Assembly (NCBI GenBank): GCA_001643675.2
Contig: LSRY02000036.1
Span: forward strand, 310,001 to 374,000
Origin: Monocercomonoides exilis PA203
Taxonomy: Eukaryota > Protista > Preaxostyla
Direction of reading: 5' to 3'
DNA length: 64,000 nucleotides
Shown here: one piece after another, positions 25,080 through 38,911 of the stretch
How positions within the stretch are numbered: position 1 is the first letter of the stretch
How the letters are laid out: each line of letters starts with the position of its first letter
Position numbers and translations under genes: made by a program
Notes under the pieces: generated by a model
Databases searched by the model: none
The model's input: only the letters and a program-made list of their open reading frames with translations
What the model was told of the DNA's origin: nothing

Positions 25080-28000
25080 ATGAAATGTTTACAAGAAAAA
25101 ATAAAATGCACAAGAAGTTTTTTGCCAAACTTCAGAAAATCTTTTTTCTTTTGTTTAACAATTCTATTTCTTTCCATTGAATTTTCACAAACTAACTTTC
25201 TTCTTTCGAACATTGCGAGGTGTGATTTCTGTAGAAATTCAAATGCAAACTTTCAAAGCATCAATACAGTTTATTTCACACATCCAACACTCTCTTCATG
25301 TAAAACATGGGTTCAAAGCAAAGATTATCCAAAGAATGATTCGATAATTCTCTCAACAATATTTCTGAGAAACTCATCCTCCAAAATAGAAAACATTCAA
25401 TTTTTATTATCAAATAACAAACATTCAATTTTTGTCGTTAATCATTCAATATTTGAAGCCCAAAACATTAAGTTGAAGGAGCAAAAGAGAGCTTTTCATT
25501 CGCAATTTTCAGCAGAATCAAGCATTGTGAAGTTCGCAAATCTTTCAATCAGTTCAATTTCGAAGCATCGTGTAGCACTTTCAGAACAAAATGAAAAGTT
25601 CAGCATTTTTGGTCTGCATTCATGCCAAGCATCTTTGAAAGCAAGCGCATTTTCATCACTTGCATTGAATTCTCTTTTCCAACTCAAGGATGATTTTTCA
25701 TCATTTGTCAAAATCAAAAATTGCAAGTTTTGCAATATTTCAATGAGAAACGAAAACGACGACCCTTCTTATTCATCTGCTTCTTCTTCAGGAGGGATAT
25801 CATTGAATATCGCTGGAAGCGAATTTTATTGCATTAGCAGATCCGTTAACAGAGCATTGATTGGATATAATTCTTTCTCTCGAAGTTTATCAGTTTACAA
25901 CTGTTCATTTTATTCAAATACAAAACAATCCAACATTGAATACGAAAATAATCCACAAATGGCTCAAAGTGCAGTGACATCTGGTGATGCATCGTTCACA
26001 AACTGCATCTGGACAGATGTTGCAGAGTCAATAATATTTTCTTCAAATGGTCAACTTTCGGTTGACAAATGTATTTTAGGAACATCAAAAAGTCAGAGCG
26101 TGATGGGTCCTGCAATCCAGTGTCGAACTGAACGCGCAATAATTTCAATCACCAATTCAATTATCTCAAACTACACTTACAATTTTTCTGGGGGAGGTGT
26201 GTTTTTTGCGGATGTGAAAAGCGTTGAACTTATTCAATTACAAACAATTAATTGCAGTACTAATCATGTTGGAGGAGGAGTAGATATAAGGAATAATGTT
26301 GATCGAGCAAATATCATTCAGTGCAAATTTCTCAACTGTTCAAAAAGAACAACAGCTTTTGATTATGGAGCAGGTCTTTCGTTTTGGGAAAATGGATGGG
26401 GAAGAGTTAGTGATTGCATTTTCGGAGGATGCACTTCACAAGTGAGTGGAGGTGGATTCGGCATCGGAGAGACGGGAACCAAACAATCTGTCCTGCTTTA
26501 TTGTTATTTTGAGAATAATTGCGCTCAAGTTAGTGGTGCAGATATTTTCGTTTGTACCGATAGAGAAATGTGCTTACCCAAGGAAAATGTTGTTTATTGT
26601 CGTTCATCCACAATATCTGAAGTTAGCCGAGTGCAGATTGGAGCAGGAGATTTTGATGATTGGGTTCCAAGATGCTACGATCCAATATTCATTAATTCTC
26701 AAATTGGAGAAGACAATGAGACATGCGGAAGCTTTGATCAGATTGATGGAATTAGCAGAGCTTGCAAAACGTTTTCATATGGCATTCAAATGGCCAACCC
26801 CGCTATTGATACAAAAACATTCAAGTTTGGAAATGGAGATTATGCAGAAAAGCACACTGAAGTAGGATTTGAGAAATGGAAGCTGGAAGGGTCTGACAAA
26901 GAAATGATAACCATAAGATCAAAGGAAACAGAAGAAGTGTTGTTCGAAATAGAAGGCGGTTCTTTGGATGTTTCGTGCATTTCATTGGTTCATGATTTGA
27001 ATTACAGCTCAGTTGAATCTTCATTGTTGAGAGTGTCAAATCCAACTGGATCAGCAGCATTTTCTAAATGCAAAATAAAATGCGAATTATCAGAGTTAAA
27101 AATGTTGAGAAAATGGTTGATTGAGATAGCAAGCGGCACTTTGAGACTGGAAGACTGCGAAGTTGGAGAATTAGTGCTTGAAGGCAAATCATTGATGATG
27201 CTAGCAAGTGGCTCTTCTGTGAAGATGATAAATGTGAGGTTTAGCAGCATTTCCCGAAATGATGGAAGCGGAAGTGTTGTTGAAAAAGAAATGACTGAAA
27301 ACGAAGAATTGCTCTTGAATAATATCTCGCTCAGTGAATGTGAATGCACAAACGGCGATGGCGGTGGACTTTGTATTTTTGTGAGAACAGGCTGTTTGTT
27401 GAAGATTGGAAACAACAGCGACAGCACATTCATAGAGAAATGTGTTGCCGGAAGCAATGAGACTTCTGTGGGGAAAGGAGGAGGAATTATTCTCAGTATT
27501 GATGGCAAAGACTGTGAGTTTGTGCTGAAACACACACTATTTGGAGAGGGTAACAAAGCCTGGCGAGGTGATAACTTGTTTATCTGTTCAGTCAGTCTGT
27601 TTGACGTTGTGGATGAAGAGCACTTCGGAACATTGATTTCACCAGATAGAAATGCTGACAACAAAGCAATGGGATATGAAGGAGAAATGACTGATTATGT
27701 GATCCCTCTTTCTCTTTATTTCGTCAGTGACTTGGAACAACAAATGTTTGTGGGAGGAGATAATATGAAAGATTTTAGCAGATGTGGATTTTCAGGTTTT
27801 CCATGCCAAACAATTAGTCATTTCATCAGGATGAGAAACATCACAGAATCAAGAAAGATAATTTTGCAGGCACCGTTTTGTTTGAGCGAAACACTCAATT
27901 TAACCGACTCAAAATGGAATATCTCTTGCAAAATGAGAAAAACAATAATAACTGTTGATGCATCAGAAAATTCTTGCCCAACGGGGATGATAAATTCCAG

Positions 28001-31000
28001 GACTGAGTCATGGCTTTATAACATCTGTTTCACGCTTTCTTCTTCTTTGGCGACCTCAGAATGGTTCATCAACTGTGAGTCGTCAACACTCTCACTTATG
28101 CAATGCTCAGCAAAACAAAATTATATAGCAACAAATGAAGATATTGCAGGATGGAGCTTTTTTGGAGTCTTTGGAGGAATGCTGAAGATGGAGTCGTTTG
28201 AAATAAAAAAATGGATAAGCACAGGAAAGCATTCATTTATCGAATGCAACAAAGGATCTGGATGTATTAACATCATTGGATGCTCATTTGAAAATGTTGA
28301 GAAAACTGGTGATTCAGGAGGGTGCATTTTTTATGAGCTTGGAAGTGAAGCAACATTGGAGAGAGATGATTGCGTTTTAATTAATGAATGCAATTTCAGT
28401 AATTGCTGCGCATATGATGTTGGAAGCAAAGGAGGAGGAATATATATTTTACTGAAAGGATCAGAAAGAATTGAGGTTAATGGAACAAGTGTGATCGATG
28501 GATGCAAGGCAGAGAATTATGGAGAAAACGAGGGGAATGGAGGGAGAGGAGGAGGGATGTTTGTGTTAATGGAGAGCGAGGGATGTGGATTGACAATTGG
28601 AGAGAATGTTGAGTTATCGAAAGTGAAAAAGAATGAGGCATCATATGGGAAGGATGTGTTTGTTCTTTGTGAGAGTGGAGTGTTTTTGGAGTCCAAAGTG
28701 AATACAAGTTCATTTGCATTTTTTGACACAAGCATCATTCCATCAGATGTGTTAAAACTGAGTGGGAGTGAAAATGGGGAAGAAAGTGGAGTGATTCCAC
28801 TGTTTGTGTATTTGTGCACAATGGGTACAAAAGTGCTTGTTGATGGGAGTGGAGGAAATGGGAAGGATCACAGTCATTGTGGATTTGATGGATTCAGGTG
28901 TTTGACAATTGATTATTGTGCAAATTCAAGAATGAGTGAAAGTTTTAAAGAAATAGAAGTTGTTTCATCTTCGTCAATAACGAAGGAAATAACAGGACCA
29001 TCATTTGGTGTGATAATTTCAGGCAGAATCGCGTCATCCGATGGAGAGAGGATGAGAGTGAATGTGAGTGATGGAGGATCAGACACACAAGACTGGCTTG
29101 TTGGATGTTCGAGTTCACTGACGATGAGCCTACTTTCATTTGTTGTGAAAGGTCAGTTGAATTCAAGGAGAAGTGCATTCATTCACTCAACATCAACACT
29201 CAGTATGACGAACTGTTCAGTCTCATTTGAGAATGGGGCATTGATCAATGAAAAGATAGGATACAGCATCATTGTTATGGCCGGAGGGAATCTGATTGTT
29301 GATGGATTTGTGATGGAAAGTGGAGTGACACTGACAATGAATGGGAAATCACCAATAACGATGACAAGTGGAGTTCAATTGGAATTGAAGAACAGCAGAG
29401 TGAATGGAGTGGAAATGATAGGAGCAGATGGGGGATGTTTGAATGTTGGGATGGGCGTTAATGGGAATGTGAAAATTGAAGAAAGCAATTTTTCATCAAG
29501 ATGCACAGGTGGAAGTGGAATGAAAGGGGGAGGGATGATGATATCAATTGGAAGTGGAGGAACATTGAGGGTGAAAGGAGTGAAATTATCGGGATGTGAA
29601 GTGCCATTCGAGGATGTTGAGAATGGAGGGAGAGGAATTGGAGGAGGGATGTTTGTTGAACTTCCTAATCTAATGGAAACTTTCATTTTGGAATTAATGA
29701 CATTTGAAAGTTGCAATGCTTGGAAAGGGAAGAATGTGTTTGTTTCGGGATGGGATCTCATTGTGATTGTGAACAAGGAGCACTTCAAATGGGAGATGAG
29801 TGACGAGGAGTTGGTATCGTTGGATGAGTTGTGTGGATGGGAGAGGAAGACTACAGGAGAGAAATATGTGATTCCGTTGGTTGTATATTTGTGGAACAAC
29901 TGGAGTGGGAATGGATATGTATCAGGAGATGGAGGAGGAGACTTCAGTGGGTGCGGGTATTCGGAAGCACCATGTTCTTCAATTGATCATCTTGTTTCAT
30001 TGTGATGCTCGTCTCTTGGAAGAGAAGAAACAAAAATAGCAATCAGAAATTCTGGGAAGCTCAGCAACTCGATTTCGTTGTTATCGTCATCATCGTTATT
30101 ATCGGAGAGGCGGAGTGTGTGGATTGAAGGCGAAGAGAGAAAAGCAACAATGAAAGTGACAGAAGGAGATTGCAGTGAAGATGGGATGATTCATTCAAAT
30201 GTGAGCCTCAGCATTGCCAGAATTGTCTTCTCTCTTCCCAATGAGCTTTTGCATCACTCTTCGCTCATTCATTCATTCTCCTCCACAGCATCTGCCCTTT
30301 CTGTTTTTTGCTGCTCATTTGCTTGCAGGGAGGCAACAAAGGAAACAAATTATTGCTTGATGAAGGCAGATGGAGGGAGCGTGGCAATTGAGGATTGCTC
30401 TATTTCTCAGTTCAGTCTGGCGAAAGGGTTTGTGGAATTCACAGCAGATGTGATGATGGTTGATGTGGTGAATGTGTCGATATCAAACACAACCATATCT
30501 GGTTGCAGTCTGATATCGCTGATTCAGCTATCCCCAACAAATATGTTGATCAGCAATGAAAGAGTGAACACAAGGCAAACAGTGAGAGTGAATGGCTCTT
30601 CATTCACAAATATCACATGCACAGAGAACAGAGCATGTGCGTTGAGCGTGGGATCGTTCTCAGCTGGGGTGGAGTGTGTGGTGGAAGGATGCGAGCTGAG
30701 AAAGTGCATGAGCGAGTCGAGTGAGGAAGGAGGAGGGATGAGAGTGTTGTTGAAGAGAGGAAAGTCAGAGCTGAAAGTGAGCGGATGCACATTTGGGATG
30801 TGTGTGTGCTCAACAGCCAATGGAATGGGAGGAGGGATGATGATTGATGCACTCGATCCAAATCGAGTGCCAGATCAAATGCCAGCATTGCCACTCGGGC
30901 TGAGAATGGAGAACATCCGATTCATGATGAACGATGCGTTTGTGGGGAAGGATGTGTTCATCAGATGTGATTCGATTGACTTGCAGATCAACGAAACACT

Positions 31001-33917
31001 GTTTTCACTGGACTTCAGCCAAGAAGCACTGAAGTTGAACAACTCCGTTTGTGGGAGCGATGCGAGTGGAGGTGGAGATGTTGATCTGATTCCATTGATC
31101 ACATTCTATTTTGCAGTCCAGGTGTTTGCGAATGTTGGAGGAAAAGACAGCAGGCAGTGTGGGGCACAGAAAAATCCGTGCAAAAGCATCAGCTGCAGTG
31201 CGAGCCACATTCAAAGAGGTGTTGCAAATATGATTTTTGTTGATGGAGAAGGAGACATTGGTGGAGAATGTGTGATCGGAGACTTGTGCGTGAAATCAGT
31301 GAAGAAGACAAAGGCGACAATCCATTTCAATGCAACCATTCAAGAGATGGGAAACGAAACGAGTGTGATTGTGTTTGTGAATGAGTGTGTTGCAGAGAGA
31401 TGTGCATTTGAGTTTGGAGAAATGTTTGAAGCAAATCACAGACATATTCTGAAAGTGCAGAATGGGACAACGGAGTTGAGAGAATGCGAATTTTCATCTT
31501 CTTCATTTGGACATCTCATTAAAAACTCAATAATGACTGTCGAAGGAGGAGAACTGGAGATGGACAAGTGCGAGATGGTGAGAATGAAAACATCAGTGCC
31601 TTTGATAGAATTCATCGGTGAATCAAAAGCTTTTATATCAGAAACCAAAATTCTAAATATATCATCAGAGGAAAATGCAATAGAAGTTGGTGGCAGAGCA
31701 AGAGTGCAGATGAAGGAGCTGGATGCTCAGAATATAACGCTGTTGAGAAGTGGAAGTGCTGTGAAAATGCAGAATTTGGAGAAAAATGTTGTTCTGTCGA
31801 ATTGTTCATTTGGAAAATGTTTGAGTGAAAAGGAGAAAGGATCGATTGCATCAGTGGATAATTGTTCCAATGTGAACTTTGATTTGTGCATTTTCCTTGG
31901 AGATTTTGAGGAAGATTCAAAAACACAGTCGATAGAAAATGGAAGAAAAGAGGAAATATGCAGATGGAATGGATCTGTTGTTGATTTTGAATCAAGCAAA
32001 GTTATGATGAAAGATACAGCAATTTTCAACTCCTCAAAGGGAGGAATGACTGTGAGTGGAGGTGCAATGAATATCAAAGATGGAAGATTTGAGAACAACA
32101 ATCCTTTCTTTGCAAAATATCCATCACTTCGTCGAAACATTATCTGTTCGGATTCTGCTTCGCTGACCATTTCGAGCTTGAAGGGAGGAGATGGGGTGAT
32201 GCCCAATTCTTCGCTGTGGATTCTGGATGATGGATGCAGCCTGGAAGGGATGGCAGGAGAAAGGGAATCGCCCTTCTTCATTCCCAAGCTGGAAGGGGCT
32301 TCGGCCAGCGAAAATGGAGGTGGGACTGAAATTCAATTCAAGGGAGCGCTTCTTCTGCCATGTGATTTGTCATTCCGACTGATTTTGTCAGCTGGAGATA
32401 CAGACCTGATTGAGACATATCATTTTGAAGAAGATGGGTTTGCGAGCGAAGCGGAAGCAGTTGGGATGGTGCCTTCGAGAAATCTTTCGTCGATCCCAGA
32501 TGAGACGGAGGTGTCTGTGATGATTGTGTATGGAAAGCGGTTGTCTGCAACTGATTCTTTCATTCTGAAGAACAGAAGTGATCCCAAGGCAAATGGGGAT
32601 GAAAGGATTGCTGAAGGAGGAAAAGAAGGGAAATCGTATTGGTTGTTGATTGTTGTTATATTTGCAGTTTTGTTTTTGATTGTTCTGATTATTTCTGTGA
32701 TATTCATTGTTCGATGGAAGAAGGTTAAGAATGAAGCAGAAGATCTGAGAGAGATTGTGAATGATAACATCAGAAAGGATCCGAAGGCGTTTGAGATGGT
32801 GACGATGGAGATGTCGCCAGAGGAGCAGTGGAGGAGAGCAGAAAGGGAGGCAGAGAAGAAGAACGATGAAAGAATCAAGAAGAGGGTGTATGCGAAAAGC
32901 TTGGGACATTCGGAGTCATCGGAACATTTATTGAGTGAGAGTGGTTCCACTGAATACATTTTGGGGAGAGACTCAGACAAGATTCCTCAATGGATGCTGG
33001 AGAAGGTTGACGAAAAAGAAGATGATGAAACAAGAAAGAGAACTCCATCACCATCAGTTTCATCCGCTTCAACCACAGACACTTCAGATACAGAATCCAC
33101 ATTTGTTCGAGGGGAAGATCTGTGTCCAACAACATCATCAATGTCAAACCTGGTGGATGCAATGGCTTGCTCATCACCTCATGAGAAGCTGATTGTGGAT
33201 CTGAGGGATTCGCTGTTCATGCTGCTTCATGGGAGGAATGAGAAGAAGGAGATGGCGATAGGCACTCTGAAGGAAAGAGAGCAAACAGCTGCCCAGATTT
33301 TGTTCTGGGTGGCGAATGGGGCACTCCACTCATTTGATGAGATGGAAAACCCACTTCAGTCATTGGCCAATCTGAGTCCTCATATTGTGCTGTTCTCTGA
33401 GCACATGGTCATCTGCATTGTGATGCATTCGGACTTATTGTCAGATGATGATTCTGATTCAACATCCATCTCTTCATCAACTGTAGTGACATCTGCCAGT
33501 GACGACGATGAGGAGGACTCTCTTCCTTCATCAGCGTTTGAGGATGAAGATTATTACAAAAAGGAGTGCCTGAGGTGGAAGGCGCCAGAGCTGCAGATGA
33601 ACAAGAAGATGGGGGCAACAGAGAAGTCTGTGGCATTCTCGATCGGGATGATGCTGTGGGAGTGCCTGACGCTCCAGATCCCGTTTGGGGAGTATGAGGC
33701 AGAGGCAGCTGGGCAGAAGATAGTGAATGGAGAAGTGCCGAATGTGGGGCTGGTGAAGGACACACCATATTTGGAGTTTTGGAGGCTGTGTGTCTCGTGG
33801 AATGAGGCAGACAGGCCTTCTCTGAGCGGGATGAAGCGAGAGCTGGTTGGGCACTTTCCAGCTGGGGCAGTGATGGTGACGCTGACAGATGCAATCTGCG
33901 ATTCTTTGCGAGACGAC

Positions 33918-33948
<31 letters not shown>

Positions 33949-34025
33949 GGATGGAAGAGGAAGAAAATGGGATGAGTGAAGCGATAAGCAAAGAAGAAGG
34001 GAGGAAAAGCCGAAAATACTTGTGA
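25080..34025 (+). pseudogene. Large single-pass receptor-like protein (Cys/GGG-rich beta-helix-like ectodomain, TM, kinase-like C-lobe), interrupted by one in-frame TGA at 30003-30005
   Basis: ORFs 24969-30005 and 30078-34025 are in the same frame with a single stop between them. N-terminal hydrophobic segment FFFCLTILFLSI, repeated GGG(I/M) and CG..PC modules, TM WLLIVVIFAVLFLIVLIISVIFIV, and RWKAPE..FSIGMMLWECLTLQIPF..RPS. Confidence 0.75.
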
Positions 34026-34616
34026 TGATGGTCGTATTGGTTGGCATTCTTTTGAGAAGGGCTTTCTTTGCTTTCTTCTTTGACTATTATTCGTTGAATG
34101 AGAAGTGGAGAGCAGAATGTGAATTATCCCAGTGAGTTCAGTCTGCTTTCCATTTTTCGACTTTCTTCGAATCAGAATCAAAATGTTTCAAAAGTGTGTT
34201 ATTTTCTTTTTTCATTTTGGTTTTTGCTTTCAATGTTTTGTGGAAGAGGCGTGTGTGTTTTATGGTGCTTTTAGCATCACCATTTATTCTGTTAATAACA
34301 ACATAAGGATAATTCTCACAAGATGAATTGCAATGAAACAGTTTCTGATATTTATTGTAAGCATTTTAAAGAATATCAAATTTATGCATGCATCAACTCT
34401 TTAAAAAGTTTAATGAAATAAAAACAAAAAATACAAAAATCTTTCGAATTGGTAAGAATATGGATAACATTTTTCCATGCACTGACATTATTTGCCAATT
34501 TTTCATTCATTTTCCATCGAATATAATCACAGAGCGAATAATTTTTAATCACATTTAATAAAATTATGGGTGCTTTTTTCAGTGAAAAACGATTTTTAGA
34601 TCAAAATTTTCTATAT

Positions 34617-34710
34617 GGGTAATTCTTTTTGAAAAGTCGCAAACGTTTAACTGATCTGAAAATTTGATCTCAATTGATCAAAAAATGTTGATCATTCCGT
34701 TCCCATCATA
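34617..34710 (+). repeat. Degenerate inverted repeat, left copy (pairs with 40961-41041)
   Basis: GGGTAATTCTTTTTGAAAAGTCGC...GATCTGAAAATTTGA...TCCGTTCCCATCATA against the reverse complement of the right copy; 23/24 identity at the outer end. Confidence 0.65.
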
Positions 34711-35289
34711 TATTGCTGAATGTTATTTTATTGAGTTTTGTTGCCCTATCCTCAAATGTAACGTTACAATAAAACAGATTTCAAATATCATTTTCACTGT
34801 TTAATCATATTTATGTTATTCGATATAATTTTCTTGTATTTTGAAGCAAGTGAACAATTTGTTCATATTTCTTTGTTTGCATTTCAAATGTTCGAATAAA
34901 CGTTTCGATTATCTGAAGGGAGACTTCTTTTTAAATGTTTTCCTATATTGAATAACAAATAGTTTTTAACTTGACTTAATGTGTGAATTTTTATGAGAAA
35001 TTATTAAGCAGGAAAATGTCATCGATACTGTCCTCATTGCAAATAAAAGAAATTCAAAAAGTTGTTAATATTGAGCAATTTTTAATGTTATTATAAATGA
35101 GTGAAGAATAACATAAACTTCTAATAATTAAAGTAATTTTTTTGAAATTTCAAAGAAATGGTATCTCATGTCTTAAATCAAATCATGAATCATATCTTAA
35201 ATAGCTTTCAATTTTTCATTTTCTATTTTATTCATCTTTTCTTCTCATTTCAATTTCCTTCTAAAAGAAATTCTGTTCCTTTTTTTCAA

Positions 35290-38200
35290 TCAGATATAAA
35301 AAATAAATTTCTGTGACGTTTGACGTTCTTATTTGAACATTGATCAAGTGTATGTGGCACAGTAGGTGTTGCAATTTTGTCTGATGAGTTGTCTCAAAAA
35401 GCCTTTTGTGGGAGGTGCAACGAAGCAGTTGCCTCTTCGCTCGGTGCTTTTGTCTTCTTTGTCTTCTTCGACTGTAGCAGCACTTCTGTTAGTTTCTCCA
35501 TTTTGGAGAAGGAGAAACAAGGAGAAGAAGGCTGTAGGAGATGATAAGCCATCATCAGCACATGTTATTGATCACTCGGATGCCTCAGATGTGGCAGCAT
35601 TATGCACTTCGGCTGGAGCGATGGACGACATCGAGAGGCGGCTGCGGATTGTAGTGCCAGAGGCGATTGGGGTGTATGGGCGGCATATACCGCTGTCGCT
35701 GCAGCTGCTGCGGGGATATGTTGTTGCACTTTCTGTGATGCTTTTGGTTCCGCTGGTGGTTCCGCTTCCGTCGCTTGCAGCGTCGGTGGGCACGAAGTCG
35801 GGGAGCAAGCGGATCTTTGCAGCGCCAGACGTGAATGCTTTCCCGTTGATCAACGATCTGTTTGACCCTTTACTGCAAATATTGCGATCGCAACAGTCGA
35901 GGCGTGTGGAGGTGAAACTGGACGAGGAAGTGATGAAGTGATGGGGCGAGGGGTTGCAGTGTGTGAAGTCGGGGAGATTGTGGAGAAGGGAATGGAGGAG
36001 GTGGGGCTGAGAATGGGGGATGTGGTTCTGTTGCCTGAGGAGATTGCGCTGGCTGTGCTGGAGGAGCAAAAAGAAGCAGAAGAAGCAGAAGAGGAAGGAA
36101 AAGAGGGAGGCAAAGAGGGAGAAGAAAAGGGAGAAGAACATGGAAAAAGAGAAGAAGATGAAGTGATAAAACAGGAGACGGAGAAAGAGTTAATGGAGAT
36201 CAACATGAGTACGCAATATATTTGAAAAGACAAGTGGCTTTTAAAGCTGATTTGTGGAAAAAAGAGTAGGGCAGAAGAAGGACAAGATCATCCATATGCG
36301 GGAGAGGAAGATCCTGGAGCTGAGTGAGAAGTACAATGCAGAGATGAAAAATCCGAAGGGACTGTTTGAAGTTATAAAGGAGAAGGCAGAGCTGATTGTT
36401 GTGGGGATAGAGAAGGAGAAGAAGAGGCGGACATTGCAGGGAGGAGTGATGAGTGAGAACAGTTAGGGAACAGTGTCAGGCGCAGGAGTTGGGGCTGGAG
36501 CAGGGGCAGAGGCAGGGGCAGGGATGCCTCCTGTAACGCATTCTTTGTTGGTGTCTGTATGTAGATGAATGATTCTGTCTGCAGCTTTGTTGATTCTGCC
36601 GTTGGGGCTGTGCGAAAAGTGCCAGGAGAAGTTAACAGAGATCAACAAAAATGGAAGTGCTGTGATTCTTGGGCCAGACCTGAATGGGAATGGGGTTGTT
36701 GCAAAAGTGGGGAGATGGGTGAGTGTTGCGAGAAAAATAAACAGCGATGGTGCAGGAGGTGGTGGAAGTGAGTGAACGAGATCTTCGATCAGCGAGGAAT
36801 CAGAAAAGAACAGCGCTGGGACAAATGGAAGTGGGGGAGGCAGTCAGGGCGGAAGAGCAGATGCAATTGTGCAGCAGAAGATGAACAAGATGGAGAAGGA
36901 AAATGAAGATGCTGATGGTGCTGCAGAAAGTGAAGGAGCAGAAGAAAATGAAGGCATTATAAGAAGAAACGATGGAGCTTCCGATAAGTGCAGTGTCTTT
37001 GTTGCTGGAACAGGTGGCGTTCGAAACTGTGCATGTTCTTCAGATGTCGCACATATATTAGTCGTCTTTTCCGATTCAGTGAATTCAGCAGCAGTTATAG
37101 AAAGTACAGCAACAGAAGAAGGCGTGTACGCTGCCAGCAATACAGGGAATGTATAGACATTAGACATTGGTTGATTTGAGCTACTACGGTGCTGGGTGGG
37201 AATGTGTGGTTCTTCCAAGGCAGAACAATGGAGACTTTGAGAATACATGACTGGGGGAGAAGCGCGCTGGACAGATGAAGAGTGAGGCTGAGCGGCAGGG
37301 GACAATCAACGAAATGGAGCAACTCTGGAAGGATTTTGCAAAGATGTGGCTGTTTGGGAGGTTTGTGCCAGAGGAGTTCATTGAAGACAAGCTGTCGCTC
37401 TTCTTGTTCTTCTTGTTCTTCAGCATAGCGCTAGAAAGGGCGTCGGAGAAGAAGATCAAGATGTTTTTTGGGGAGTTTGAGGGGCTGCAGTCGGAGAAGG
37501 GGGAGGCAGGCGCGGTAGTGTTTCTGGGTGTTTTTGCAGAGCTGTTGCCAAGCAGAGAAAGCGAAGCAGAAGGAGGTGATGAAGGCACTGCATGATGCGA
37601 TACTAAGTGGCTTTCCATTGACTTCATCATCATCAGCATCAGCGTCATCGTCATTGTTATCACCAGGGGCAGTGTTCAGAAGGATCATATACTTGAAGCT
37701 GGTGTCTCTTTAGTGTGTGTGCTATCCGCAGATGCTCCAGGCGCTATCGCTGCGGATCTTTTTGGATGCGTATAGGCTGTTTGGCTGCTGTCTGACGCCG
37801 TTTGCGTCGGTGCAGGTGGCGTGCAAGCGAAACGACTTTTTTGACGCTGTGCCAGCTGCTGCTGGATGTGTGCGATGCAGCTTGCAGGAGTGCACTTTTG
37901 TTGTTGTCTGAATACAGAGTGATTGCGAAGAGAGTGAACAGGAACTGTTAGGAAGGGTGAGCGTGCTTTCTGAAATGTCTGTGTAAGGAAGGGTGGAGGT
38001 GGTGATGATGTGGCAGGAGGGTTCTATGCAATCAGTAGTGATGAAGAAAGAAGAGCGGTGGGTATTGTACAGAATGACAACGATGTTGTTGGAGCTGGTG
38101 GTACTGCAGCTGGAGAGGGAACGAGGAAGAAAGTGTGATCTGTTTTGGGCTGTCGCTGTACGAAGGTCATTGAGAAGTGCAGTTTTACGACACATTAACA

Positions 38201-38400
38201 TAGCACTGTAATGGAGAAGGAGTCATAGTCTTGTCATTCTTCATCATTATCTTCTTCTTTAACCTCTTTAATATAGCACGAGAAGGCTTCAGGTGAGAAA
38301 AAGATGTGTATTAACAACATGCAGGAGATCTTAAAGTGCATATTGAGCGTAACCTATCTTTCTATTTTTTCCCCAATGTTATAAACATTTGAAACATTAT
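35290..38400 (-). pseudogene. Degraded lineage-specific low-complexity gene-family copy (Ser/Pro/Ala-rich)
   Basis: GC-richer, strongly purine-skewed, coding-like sequence. The minus strand reads as a chain of broken frames (MLLIHIFFSPEAF..*..MILLNTAPGDNNDDD..PAPASAPAPAP..MEKLTEVLLQ) with many stops and frameshifts. No domain recognised. Confidence 0.5.
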
Positions 38401-38911
38401 AGTCATTGTCTTCTTTTTCTTCTTCTTCCTCCTCCTCTATCTCCTTTATCTGTGGAATTCATATTCTTTCAAGGTCCTTATTGAATAATGTTTATTTCTC
38501 ATGAATCTCAATAATGTGTTTCTTTCATTTTAAATATATATGAGTAAAACACATGAAAGCAAAGAAGATGAAGTTGAAAAAGACAATAGCGATGGCAATA
38601 GTGATGCTTTCATTGAGGCGCTGTGCATAATGAAGATGATTCAATCCAATCGAATGATTTATCAGATATGTTAATTGAAGAGTTGTTGGAGATTGAAGAA
38701 AAAGAAGACGAAGAAAAGAGGCAAAATGAAAAAGAAGAAGAATTTGAAAAGAAAGAATTAAAAGAACAGGAAAAGAAATATGATGAGGATGAGGTGAAGA
38801 AGCAGAAGGAAGAAGAAGAAGAAGACGACGACGATGGTGAGGAAATTGATGATTATGATGAAGATGACGAGAAAATTTGGTTTAATTCTATAATTTTGGA
38901 GAATTTGAGGA

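Noticed and set aside
24905-34590. 15-bp direct match TTTTCAGTGAAAAAC on both sides of the receptor gene
   Set aside because: Short, AT-rich and not extendable; compatible with chance.
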